Origin: Candidatus Micrarchaeia archaeon | GTDB lineage: Archaea > Micrarchaeota > Micrarchaeia > Micrarchaeales > CABMGC01 | Direction: 5' to 3' | Assembly: GCA_049966915.1 (NCBI GenBank) | Contig: JBMFTS010000001.1 | Coordinates: forward strand, 1 to 37,433 | Length of the DNA: 37,433 nt | Part shown: positions 1 to 8,861 of the stretch, in pieces | Numbering within the stretch: the stretch's first letter is position 1 | Layout of the letters: each line of letters opens with the position of its first letter | The notes under the pieces: generated by a model | What the model was told of the DNA's origin: nothing | Seen by the model: only the letters and a program-made list of their open reading frames with translations | The model's database searches: none | Translations under genes and position numbers: made by a program

Positions 1-76
1 AAATCGTGGGCTTTCTGCTAAGCATTTTGTAAAACCGCAAAAATCCTGCGACGATGCGCGCAAAGCGGCCATTCTG

Positions 77-108
77 ATAATTGTAAATAATTATGCGCAT
101 AATTATAC
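77..108 (+). promoter_or_regulatory. AT-rich TATA-like tract upstream of rbcL
   Basis: The tract ataattgtaaataattatgcgcataattatac lies about 10-40 nt upstream of ATG 116. That spacing fits an archaeal TATA box driving a leaderless or short-leader mRNA. Confidence 0.4.
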
Positions 109-231
109 TTACTCCATGTTTGAGGCGATGACACGAAGGATCCGTATGCAGATTTTGTAGACCAGGGCTACAAGCCTAGCGGCAGCGACATTGTTTGCCT
201 ATTCAGGGTTGAGCCGGCAAAAGGCATTTCC

Positions 232-1425
232 ATGAAGGAGGCGCTTGGTAGGGTTGCCAGCGAAAGCAGCAACGGCACGTGGGCGGAACTCACTACGCTT
301 AAGGAGCACATACGCAGGATACGCGCGCGCGTCTACTCCATAAAAGGCAATTATGCTAAGGTGGCGTACCCAATAGAGCTGTTCGAGATGGGCAGCGTGC
401 CTCAGCTCATGAGCTCTGTCGCCGGCAACATCTTCGGCATGAAAGCTCTCAAAAACTTAAGGCTCGAAGACATAGAATTTCCGGAAGAATATGTAAGACA
501 TTTCAAAGGTCCGCAGTTCGGCATAGACGGCGTATTCGACAAAATATTCAAAATGAACAAGCGCAGACCGCTTCTTGCGCACGTACCAAAGCCCAAGGTA
601 GGAATGACCACGTACGAGCACGCAGCTGTTGCAAAGAACGCATGGCTCGGCGGCGTCGACTTGCTAAAGGACGACGAAAATCTTACAAGCCAGAGCTTCA
701 ACACGTTTGACAGACGCATGCGGCTCATGTTCAAATACCGCGACTATGCCGAGAAGGTCACGGGCGAGAAGAAAAGCTACTTGGCCAACATAACGGCCGA
801 AACCGAGGAGATGATAAGAAGGGCGAAGCTCGTGAAGGAGCTTGGCGGCGAATACGTCATGGTAGATATACTGACGGCAGGCTGGTCGGCGTTGCAGACG
901 ATAAGGAACGAGTGCGAGGATTTGGGGCTTGCAATACACGCACACAGGGCGTTTCATGCTGCATTTACAAGAAACCCCAAGCATGGCATGTCGATGCTGG
1001 TGGTAGCAAAGCTTGCCAGGCTGATAGGAGTAGACCAGATACACATAGGCACAGTGGTCGGCAAGCTCGCGGCATCCAGAAAGGAAGTAGTGGACTTAGA
1101 CGAGGAAATGACCCTGAGCAATGTGAAAGAGCACAAGGACGTGCTCACTGAGCGATGGCACAGCATAAAGCCGGTAGTTCCTGTTTCTTCCGGCGGCTTG
1201 CATCCGGGCCTTGTGCCCTATGTCATGAAGCTGCTTGGCAATGAAATAGCAATACAGGCAGGCGGAGGCATAGACGGGCATCCGTCTGGCGTAAAGGCCG
1301 GCGCCGCGGCGATGCGACAGGCCATAGAAGCTACGCTTGAAGGCGAAAGCCTTGAGGACTATGCAGAAAAGCACAAGGAGCTCAAGGCCGCGCTGAAATA
1401 CTGGGGCGGTTTTAGGCCCGTGTGA
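232..1425 (+). CDS. rbcL: Ribulose-1,5-bisphosphate carboxylase large subunit, form III (archaeal type)
   Basis: The ORF carries RuBisCO large-subunit motifs: ESSNGTW, KPKVGMT, GGVDLLKDDEN (carbamylated-Lys motif), HAHRAFH, SSGGLH and GGGIDGHP. There is no small-subunit gene, and AMP phosphorylase is immediately downstream. The conserved N-terminus continues in frame upstream to nt 124 without a canonical start (see findings). Confidence 0.9.
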   Translation: MKEALGRVASESSNGTWAELTTLKEHIRRIRARVYSIKGNYAKVAYPIELFEMGSVPQLMSSVAGNIFGMKALKNLRLEDIEFPEEYVRHFKGPQFGIDGVFDKIFKMNKRRPLLAHVPKPKVGMTTYEHAAVAKNAWLGGVDLLKDDENLTSQSFNTFDRRMRLMFKYRDYAEKVTGEKKSYLANITAETEEMIRRAKLVKELGGEYVMVDILTAGWSALQTIRNECEDLGLAIHAHRAFHAAFTRNPKHGMSMLVVAKLARLIGVDQIHIGTVVGKLAASRKEVVDLDEEMTLSNVKEHKDVLTERWHSIKPVVPVSSGGLHPGLVPYVMKLLGNEIAIQAGGGIDGHPSGVKAGAAAMRQAIEATLEGESLEDYAEKHKELKAALKYWGGFRPV

Positions 1426-1443
1426 ACCGCGCGGGTGGGAATC

Positions 1444-2973
1444 ATGCAGGTAAAAAACACCGAAGTCGAAACAGGCGCACTTGTGGTTATGATCTGCGGG
1501 GCAGACGCCGTGGAGCAGGGCATGCACGCAGGCGACAGAATAATAATAAAATCGGGAAGTAAGACAGGCGTAGGCATAGTCAACATAAGCGACGCCGTGC
1601 CGAAGGGCACAATCTGGTTTACAAAAGACATGCAAAGCGAGCTCAAACTTCACGACGGCAGCAGTGTAGAGATAACGACGATGCCGATGCCTAAATCGCT
1701 GATAGCCATAAGGAGCAGGCTCAATAACGTGCGATTGGACTCGCAGAGTGCGTATGAAATAGTAAAAGACACAGTAAGCAAGAGGCTCGACAAGAACGAA
1801 ATAACCGCATTCGTAGTAAGCTTGCACGCTTATCCGATAGACCTGGAAGAAGCGGCATGCATATCAGAAGCCATGGTAAAAACCGGGGAGACGCTCAATC
1901 TGGGCAAGAAAAGGATTTTCGACAAGCATTCTATAGGCGGAGTTCCTGGCGACAAGACATCCATGCTTGTGGTGCCCATAGTGGCTGCGGCAGGTCTCAC
2001 AATACCGAAGACCTCTTCCAGGGCAATAACCTCTGCAGCTGGCACCGCAGACAGAGCCGAAGTGATAATGCCGGTGACACTGGACGTCAGCGAAGTAAGA
2101 AGAGTTGTAAACAAAACCAACGGCTGCATTGTTTGGGGCGGCGCTGTGCACTTGGCTCCGGCAGACGACATATTCGTAAGGGCCGAGTACCCGTTCTCCA
2201 TAGACCCGCTTATGCTGCCTTCCATAATATCAAAGAAAAAGGCAGTTGGCTCGACCGACATGGTCGTTGACATACCAGTTGGTTCAACAATGAAGGTTAA
2301 GAACGACTCAGAAGGCATGGCGCTCATGAAGGAGTTCAACGTACTGGGCAACAGGCTTGGCATAAACGTGGAAGGCGCACTCACAAACGGCACGCAGCCG
2401 ATAGGCTACGCGGTAGGAGCTGCGGCGGAAGCTAGAGAAGCGCTAGAAGCCATAACAGGCAAAACAAAGGCGAGCGACCTCATAGACAAGGCAACGAGCA
2501 TAGCCGGGATATTGCTTGAAATGAGCGGCAAAAAAGCAGGCAAGCAACTCGCAAAATCAATAATAGAAAAAGGCCTTGCAGAGAAAAAGCTGAGGCAGAT
2601 AATAGAAGAGCAGGGAGGCGACCCTAAGATAAAGCCTAACGACATAGAGATAGGAGAGCACAGCGAAAGCGTTTACGCAGAACACGGGGGCATAGTGCAG
2701 GGATTCAACAACGTGGCAATAGCAAACGTTGTGAAGCTCGCAGGCGCACCAAGCAACAAAAAGGCGGCGCTGATTTTAGGCAAAAAGATATTTGACAAGG
2801 TAAAGAAGGGCGATTTGCTATATACAGTGTATTCAGACAGCGCGCCGCTGCTTGCAAGTGCAGTAAAGTATGCAAAGGGGAACGACATCGTGCTGGTCGG
2901 CGACGAAAACAGGATGCTGCTAAGGCACGTAAGGCTCGAAAAGGCCGAGCCTTCGTTCGTGCTGGAAAGGTAG
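1444..2973 (+). CDS. deoA: AMP phosphorylase (thymidine-phosphorylase family with N-terminal extension)
   Basis: The protein is about 510 aa, with pyrimidine-nucleoside-phosphorylase-like motifs (HSIGGVPGDKTS, SSRAITSAAGTAD, GGAVHLAPADD) and an extra N-terminal domain. ATG 1444 is preceded by GGTGG 5 nt upstream; GTG 1435 is an alternative start. It is adjacent to form III RuBisCO. Confidence 0.85.
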   Translation: MQVKNTEVETGALVVMICGADAVEQGMHAGDRIIIKSGSKTGVGIVNISDAVPKGTIWFTKDMQSELKLHDGSSVEITTMPMPKSLIAIRSRLNNVRLDSQSAYEIVKDTVSKRLDKNEITAFVVSLHAYPIDLEEAACISEAMVKTGETLNLGKKRIFDKHSIGGVPGDKTSMLVVPIVAAAGLTIPKTSSRAITSAAGTADRAEVIMPVTLDVSEVRRVVNKTNGCIVWGGAVHLAPADDIFVRAEYPFSIDPLMLPSIISKKKAVGSTDMVVDIPVGSTMKVKNDSEGMALMKEFNVLGNRLGINVEGALTNGTQPIGYAVGAAAEAREALEAITGKTKASDLIDKATSIAGILLEMSGKKAGKQLAKSIIEKGLAEKKLRQIIEEQGGDPKIKPNDIEIGEHSESVYAEHGGIVQGFNNVAIANVVKLAGAPSNKKAALILGKKIFDKVKKGDLLYTVYSDSAPLLASAVKYAKGNDIVLVGDENRMLLRHVRLEKAEPSFVLER

Positions 2974-2981
2974 GCGGTTGT

Positions 2982-4250
2982 TTGAAGTACTTGCTGGTTG
3001 TACTCGACGGGGCGCCTGATAGACCCAACCCTACGCTGGGCAACAAGACGCCATTGCAATTTGCGCACATGAAAAACCTAAACAGGCTTGCCATCGAAGG
3101 AAGCATGGGAATGATGTACAGCGTGGCAAAAGGCATTGCGCCGGAATCTGACGCGGCAGTGTTCTCGATACTGAGCTACAACGTCAAGCACTATACGGGC
3201 AGGGGCCCGCTTGAAGCCCTGGGCAGCGGGCTCGAAGTGCGCAGCGGCACGCTTGCCTTGAGAGCCAACTTCGCAACCATAGACGCAAACAGAAACATAA
3301 TAGACAGGCGCGCAGGCAGGGATGTGCAAAGACGCGAGGCAAAAGCGCTTGAAAAGGATATAAACTCGATAAGCCTCAGTTGCAAGGGAATAAGCTTCAG
3401 ATTCAAAGCAACAATAGGCCACAGGGGCGCATTGGCGTTCTATAGCAAAGGCACCAGGAAGCTTTCGGCAAACATTTCAAACGGAGATACCGGCTATGTG
3501 AAGAAAGGCAGCATATCTGTGGCCATAAAAGACGCAAGCACAAAACTGCCAAGCATAAAGCCGCTTGACAAGTCTGCCGCGGCTAAATTCACCGCCGCGC
3601 TCTTGAATGAATTCCTGGACAAGGTAATTGACAAACTTTCAAAAAGCAAGGTCAACAAGGAGCGTGCGCTGCACCACAAACTCGTGGCAAACGCGCTTCT
3701 GGTGCGCGATGCTGGTGTTGGCCTGCCAAACGTGGAGCCCATAGACAAAAAGTTCGGCATGAGCTTTGCGTTCATAACCGAAATGCCAGTAGAGACTGGC
3801 ATAGCAAGGCTGCTTCGCATGAAGCAAATAAGCGTCGCAAGCCACGGCAACACAAGGCAGGATTATGCAAGGCTTGCAAGGCTCGTTCAAAAAAGCGCCA
3901 ATTCGTGCGACTTCATGTACGTGCACATAAAGGGCCCTGACGAGCCGGGCCACGATGGCGACGCTTTGGAGAAAAGCAGAAGGCTTGCAAACATAGACGC
4001 AGGCTTTTTCGGAAGCCTTAAAATGAGCAAACTCGGCAAGGACGTCACGCTCTGTGTCACCGCCGATCATTCCACGCCTTGCACGCTGAAGGCGCATTCC
4101 GCAGACCCTGTGCCCGTGCTGCTTTACAACAACAGGTGCAAGACCGGCGACGGGCTAGAATTTGAGGAAAGCGCAGGGAAGCGCGGAAGCATTGGCTATT
4201 TCGACGGCAATGATCTTTTGAACAAAATGATACGATACAAATGCGAATAG
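2982..4250 (+). CDS. apgM: 2,3-bisphosphoglycerate-independent phosphoglycerate mutase, archaeal ApgM type
   Basis: The N-terminus KYLLVVLDGAPDRP...TPLQFAHMKNLNRLA, the HIKGPDEPGHDGD segment and the TADHSTPC metal-site motifs are typical of ApgM. The start codon is TTG. Confidence 0.85.
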   Translation: MKYLLVVLDGAPDRPNPTLGNKTPLQFAHMKNLNRLAIEGSMGMMYSVAKGIAPESDAAVFSILSYNVKHYTGRGPLEALGSGLEVRSGTLALRANFATIDANRNIIDRRAGRDVQRREAKALEKDINSISLSCKGISFRFKATIGHRGALAFYSKGTRKLSANISNGDTGYVKKGSISVAIKDASTKLPSIKPLDKSAAAKFTAALLNEFLDKVIDKLSKSKVNKERALHHKLVANALLVRDAGVGLPNVEPIDKKFGMSFAFITEMPVETGIARLLRMKQISVASHGNTRQDYARLARLVQKSANSCDFMYVHIKGPDEPGHDGDALEKSRRLANIDAGFFGSLKMSKLGKDVTLCVTADHSTPCTLKAHSADPVPVLLYNNRCKTGDGLEFEESAGKRGSIGYFDGNDLLNKMIRYKCE

Positions 4251-4259
4251 GTGCTTTGC

Positions 4260-5474
4260 ATGAAAATAACCGATGCAAAACTGAGAATAATACTGGACTC
4301 GCGAGGCAAGGAAACTGTTGCCGCAGAGCTCATAGATGAGAAAGGCAACAAAGCAGAGGCGATGGCGCCAAGCGGCACGAGCAGAAGCGAATACGAGGCA
4401 GTGCCGTTTGCCAACAACTCGCCCAAGGCAAGCCTTGATGCGTTCGCAGGCTACAAAGGCAAGCTCTTGGGAAACGAACCGGACATGAAAAATATAGACA
4501 TGCTGCTGCACGAAATAGACGGCACGGAAAACTTTGCCAAGATAGGTGGCAACGCAGCCACAGCAATTTCTGTTGCAACCGCCAAACTGGCGGCGATGCA
4601 GGCGCAGCAGGAGCTTTACCAATACCTATATGAGAATTTCACGAAGCGCACAGGCATCAAAAAGAAAATACCTGGGCTTCTCGGAAATGTCATAGGCGGA
4701 GGCGTGCATTCCAACAACAATATGAGCATACAGGAAATTCTGCTTGCCACAAAATCGGGCCCGGTCATGGCAAATGCAGAGAAAAACATAATGATACACG
4801 GTGCAATAGGCAACTACCTGAAGTCCAAGGATCTTGCCATAGGTCTCAACATAGAAAACGCATGGAACACAAAGCTTTACGACAAGGAAGCGATAGAGCT
4901 CGCAGGCAAATATGCAAAAGACAATGGCACGTTTATAGGCGTGGACTGCGCCGCAAGCGAATTTTACAAAAACGGCAAATATGTGTTCAACGAGCCCGAT
5001 AAGACCAAGCGCGAAATGGAGAGAAGCGAGTACATAGAATTTGTGGTGGAACTTGCCGAAAAGAACGGTCTGGTGTATGTGGAAGACCCGCTAGACTCGA
5101 ACGATGCAGACGGCTTCGCCGAAATAACAAAGCAGATAGGCAAGAAGGCGCTGGTCGTAGGTGATGACCTATATGCTACAAACAAGGAAAGGCTGCAAGC
5201 CGGAATAGGCAAAAACGCCACCAACGGCATTTTGATAAAGGTCAACCAAGTGGGCACGCTTAGCGACGTTATTGAGACCGCAGAGCTTGCGCACAAGCAC
5301 GGCATAAGCACAGTGGTTTCGCACAGAAGCGGCGAGACTACAGACGCGTTCATGGCGCACCTAGGCGTGGCACTCGGTTCGGAATTCATAAAGTGCGGGG
5401 TATTGGGAGGAGAGCGTATAGCGAAGATAAACGAGCTCGCGAGAATAGAAGCAGTTGAATTGCAAGCGCTGTGA
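4260..5474 (+). CDS. eno: Enolase (phosphopyruvate hydratase)
   Basis: Enolase motifs are present: ILDSRG, KVNQVGTLS and SHRSGETTD. ATG 4260 has GGTG 6 nt upstream; GTG 4251 is an alternative start. Confidence 0.9.
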   Translation: MKITDAKLRIILDSRGKETVAAELIDEKGNKAEAMAPSGTSRSEYEAVPFANNSPKASLDAFAGYKGKLLGNEPDMKNIDMLLHEIDGTENFAKIGGNAATAISVATAKLAAMQAQQELYQYLYENFTKRTGIKKKIPGLLGNVIGGGVHSNNNMSIQEILLATKSGPVMANAEKNIMIHGAIGNYLKSKDLAIGLNIENAWNTKLYDKEAIELAGKYAKDNGTFIGVDCAASEFYKNGKYVFNEPDKTKREMERSEYIEFVVELAEKNGLVYVEDPLDSNDADGFAEITKQIGKKALVVGDDLYATNKERLQAGIGKNATNGILIKVNQVGTLSDVIETAELAHKHGISTVVSHRSGETTDAFMAHLGVALGSEFIKCGVLGGERIAKINELARIEAVELQAL

Positions 5475-5514
5475 AACTTATAAAAATGCTAAACACGCAT
5501 TATTTAGTGGTTTC

Positions 5515-5742
5515 ATGATAGACGCAATAGTAACCGCGCTGGAAAGCAACTCCGTAGTAGTTACGCCAACAGAAGATGTAGATTTTGCGAAGCTCGTCGG
5601 AAGGAGCGCAAGCTACACAGACAGCAGCGACAAGAAATGGCCGGGCAAGGTGACCGCCGCAGAAGATTCAGGAGTAGTGATAATTTTCGATAACTTCCCG
5701 ACGGGGCTTGGCCAAGGCCAAATAGTCCAAATAGATTATTGA
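5515..5742 (+). CDS. Hypothetical small protein (75 aa)
   Basis: This is the internal ATG of ORF 5455..5742. A TATAAAAA box at about 5479-5486 sits roughly 30 nt upstream. I do not recognise a family. Confidence 0.35.
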   Translation: MIDAIVTALESNSVVVTPTEDVDFAKLVGRSASYTDSSDKKWPGKVTAAEDSGVVIIFDNFPTGLGQGQIVQIDY

Positions 5743-5751
5743 AGTCATTAG

Positions 5752-6501
5752 ATGAGCCTGTTGGGCCTTTTCCAGAGGAAGATACGCAAGATCGCAGATA
5801 ACGGCAACCTTCTGGAAGTGCTCGACAACGGCAAGGAACTGACATTCACATTCAATGGTGTAATCTACTCGAAAATAAGCAAGAGAGCAGTGTTCACGCG
5901 ACAGTATTGGGACTATTTTCTGCCTGCCGCGTATGTTTTCAAAAACCCTCGCATATTGCTAATAGGTATGGGCGCAGGAACCATTCCGTATCAATTGCAG
6001 AAGCTCATCGGCAGCGCCGCAAGCATAACGGCGGTAGAGCAGAGTGAGAAAATAGCCGAACTTTCAAAAACGTTTTTACCGGAGCCGCTGCTCGCGCGCG
6101 TTGTCATAGGAGACGGCGCAACTTACATAAAACAACTTGGCACAGGCAGCCAGGACATAGTGATGCTTGATGCATACATAAACAACTACATTCCGGAGCA
6201 GTTTCTTTCGCCGGGCTTTGTTGGCGAGGTGCACAGGGTGCTGAGCGCTGACGGCCTTTTCATGGTAAACTTCGCGATGACATTCATGGGCGCGCTCACC
6301 TATGCCAAATACGTTGCTTTGCTGAAAACCAGGTTCAGAGTTTACAGAATAGCGACGGCGTTGACCGAAGGGAACGTAATAATATTGTGCTCGAAATCGA
6401 TGGACAAACAGGCAATCATATCAAAAATAAAGGAAGCGATGCCTTCCAATCAGGACACGCTGCCTTTGATAAGAAACTACGAAAACATGAAAGAGGAATA
6501 G
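5752..6501 (+). CDS. Spermidine-synthase-like (PABS fold) class I methyltransferase-fold protein
   Basis: It has a Rossmann GxGxG-like segment (ILLIGMGAGTIPYQL), then VEQSEKIAELSK and DIVMLDAY, laid out as in spermidine/spermine synthases. The catalytic assignment is uncertain. Confidence 0.5.
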   Translation: MSLLGLFQRKIRKIADNGNLLEVLDNGKELTFTFNGVIYSKISKRAVFTRQYWDYFLPAAYVFKNPRILLIGMGAGTIPYQLQKLIGSAASITAVEQSEKIAELSKTFLPEPLLARVVIGDGATYIKQLGTGSQDIVMLDAYINNYIPEQFLSPGFVGEVHRVLSADGLFMVNFAMTFMGALTYAKYVALLKTRFRVYRIATALTEGNVIILCSKSMDKQAIISKIKEAMPSNQDTLPLIRNYENMKEE

Positions 6502-6591
6502 CTAGCAAACAAGGGCTTTTCTTCGCGTGCATTGGCTGCGCAACAAGCAAGCCGTGCCAAGCAGGAACTGGCAAGCAATAGCATAAAATAG

Positions 6592-7704
6592 ATGAGCATA
6601 GCAAATAAAATCATGGACGGGGAAGCGATAAAGCTTTACTTGTTTGACTTTGGCACAGAGCTGCAGCTTGACCAGGTAAAGAACCTGTTCAAGAACCCGG
6701 AAGACTTTTCCAAAATAGACTACAATCTGCCCACGCCAGAAGAAATACCCCAGTTCACGCTGCCTGCCGTATTCAATATGAAAGGCGCTGAGCTGCAAGC
6801 AGGCAGCGAAAAGCTGCGTGTTAAAGTTCAAATTGCAATCTTCGCGCTTGGCACGATTTCTATAAGGATAAGACTGCCGCTAGAGCACATAGAAGATGCC
6901 TTCCTGACGCGGCTTGCTGTGGATCCGCAGATAGAGGCCGAGGCTTACAAGATAGCCCAGCAGGCGAAGGCAAAGGTGAAGAACACCATAGGCAAGCAGC
7001 TCGCAATAAGCGAAGACGAGTTCATGGAAACCTACAATTTCTATTTCATAAACGACACGAAGGAAAACGTGCTGAAGAAAAGCAGGAATACAGTGGCCGG
7101 CTTGCTCGTAAGCGAGGGCGACGTGGGCAAGATGGACAGCGATTATGTGCATGAAATACTAAACCGCAGCATTTCGTACTACAACGACGATGCGTTTTTT
7201 GTAGGTTGGGACGGCGCCGTGCTTATAGACATTCTCAAGAGCATAGATTATGAGCTGCTCATGGCAGAGATAGCCAACATGCAATTGCTTAAGCTGAGAA
7301 TATACAAGAAGAAAACATCTGAAATGCTGGAGCAGACAGGCGCAGATGTCGAGGCGCTCGGCAGCGCGAGATTCATGAAGCGCATATTCGACAGCAGGCC
7401 CATTGCGCTGAGCAAAAAGCTCGGCGGATTCCTTGACGCCCTTAATGAAATGCTCAACAGAATAGACAACACTGTCTTCGGGCTTGGAGAATGGTACTTG
7501 TCCAAGATCTACGCACTGTTTTCCAGCGTATTCAAACTTGCGGAGCTGAAGGGAGCGGTGGAAGGCGACGCCAACAAGCTTGCGGCGAGAAAGGAGCTCG
7601 TAAATGAAATTATCGCAGGCAAAAGAAATGACACGCTTGAATTTGTGGTAATATTGCTAATAGTGCTAGAGATACTTGTCGAGTTTGCGTACTTTGCCAA
7701 GTAA
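6592..7704 (+). CDS. Hypothetical membrane-anchored protein, possibly DUF155/RMD1 family
   Basis: It is a 370-aa ORF with a soluble N-terminal domain, long predicted helices and a single C-terminal hydrophobic helix (EFVVILLIVLEILVEFAYFAK). The family call is from memory of the DUF155 architecture, not from an alignment. Confidence 0.4.
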   Translation: MSIANKIMDGEAIKLYLFDFGTELQLDQVKNLFKNPEDFSKIDYNLPTPEEIPQFTLPAVFNMKGAELQAGSEKLRVKVQIAIFALGTISIRIRLPLEHIEDAFLTRLAVDPQIEAEAYKIAQQAKAKVKNTIGKQLAISEDEFMETYNFYFINDTKENVLKKSRNTVAGLLVSEGDVGKMDSDYVHEILNRSISYYNDDAFFVGWDGAVLIDILKSIDYELLMAEIANMQLLKLRIYKKKTSEMLEQTGADVEALGSARFMKRIFDSRPIALSKKLGGFLDALNEMLNRIDNTVFGLGEWYLSKIYALFSSVFKLAELKGAVEGDANKLAARKELVNEIIAGKRNDTLEFVVILLIVLEILVEFAYFAK

Positions 7705-7879
7705 GCGCGACTAGTTTGCGGGAATGCGCAGCGGCTCGCGTAAAGGCGCACTCGGCGCTGCAATGTCGTCCACTTTGCCAAGGCGTAAGAACTGGCACCT
7801 GATAGGTTTATAAGGGCGAAACCCTCATGCATAAAATAGGCATGCGTTAGTATAGTATAAGCAGCAAACGGGTCGCCGT

Positions 7880-8794
7880 ATGCACGATATCCGCAAACCG
7901 CCGCTAAGCGTCGTAATTCCAACAATAGAAGAAGAGGCAGTATTCAAGATTATACAAGACATCAGGAAGCTTTTCGGCGAGAGCACCGAAATAATAGTAG
8001 TGGACAAGAGCAGCGACAAGTATTTCGAGAGGCTGCAGGAAGCCGGCGTAAAGGCGATAAGGCAGGAAGGCAAGGGAGTAGAGAGGGCAGTAGGCCAGGG
8101 AATGGCAATTGCAAGCGGCGACATAATAGCGAGCATAGACGGCGACGGCACGCACGACATAAACGGACTAGTGGCCGCGGTAGAAATGATAAAAGAAAAC
8201 AAGGCAGACATGGTGCTCGGCAACAGGCTCAACGACATGGAAAAAGGGGCAATGAGCGCCTACATAAAATTGGGAAACAAGCTCCTTAGCGCGCTCTTCA
8301 GCACGCTGTACAAAGTGCAAGTGCACGACATACTTACCGGCTTGTTCGCAATAAGAAAGAGCGCTTTCGAAAAGGTGAAAAACATAGAGCCATACCGCGC
8401 AGGCGTCGCGACGACCTATGCAATAGAAATGGTAAGAAGGGGCTACAGGGTAAAGGAGGTAGACATAAAATACTATAGGAGGCAGGCAGGCAGTTCAAAG
8501 ATTTCAGAGCATAAGACAGGTTACGCGCTGAGCGTAGCGGCGAACATAATAAGGCAGGTAAGGGACTACAGCCCGCTGATGGTTTTCGGGATTTTTGGCA
8601 TAATACTTTTTGCGGCAGGCGTGGCAATAGGTGCAATGGTGCTCGCAAACTTCCTTGCGAGCGGCCAGTTCACAGAGATTGGCAGGGCGCTAATAGCTTT
8701 CATGCTGGCTGTGCTTGGCATACTGTCTATATTCGTAGGCATAATACTTGACCTGCTTCTTGAGATAGACAGGCGGCTCAGGGAAAAGGCGTAG
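7880..8794 (+). CDS. Family 2 glycosyltransferase (dolichyl-phosphate sugar synthase-like) with C-terminal TM helices
   Basis: GT2 motifs are present: LSVVIPTIEEE, VVDKSSD and DGDGTHD (DxD). Two C-terminal hydrophobic helices follow. It lies directly upstream of the AglB-like gene. Confidence 0.8.
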   Translation: MHDIRKPPLSVVIPTIEEEAVFKIIQDIRKLFGESTEIIVVDKSSDKYFERLQEAGVKAIRQEGKGVERAVGQGMAIASGDIIASIDGDGTHDINGLVAAVEMIKENKADMVLGNRLNDMEKGAMSAYIKLGNKLLSALFSTLYKVQVHDILTGLFAIRKSAFEKVKNIEPYRAGVATTYAIEMVRRGYRVKEVDIKYYRRQAGSSKISEHKTGYALSVAANIIRQVRDYSPLMVFGIFGIILFAAGVAIGAMVLANFLASGQFTEIGRALIAFMLAVLGILSIFVGIILDLLLEIDRRLREKA

Positions 8795-8861
8795 CACGTG
8801 CTGCGCAACCTGCGCATTTGCGCAACTAATAAAAGGATATTTGGCAATAATACGTGTTTAT

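Noticed and set aside
232-1425. The possibility that the RuBisCO homologue is a form IV RuBisCO-like protein and not a carboxylase.
   Set aside because: The carbamylated-Lys motif (KDDEN), KPK, the HxH region and the GGG phosphate-binding loops all appear intact, and the gene sits next to AMP phosphorylase. That is the form III context.
1096-1827. A 243-aa minus-strand ORF spanning the rbcL/AMP phosphorylase junction.
   Set aside because: It is antisense to two strongly supported genes. Its composition is Cys/His/Tyr/Arg-rich and it has no recognisable motifs. It is a typical shadow ORF of a mid-GC coding region.
7705-7879. A GC-rich spacer with the inverted repeat GCAGCG...CGCTGC and two GCATGC sites, considered as a possible ncRNA.
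   Set aside because: It is short, and I recognise no conserved RNA family features (no C/D boxes, no tRNA-like arms). It is adequately explained as a terminator hairpin plus the promoter region of the GT2 gene.
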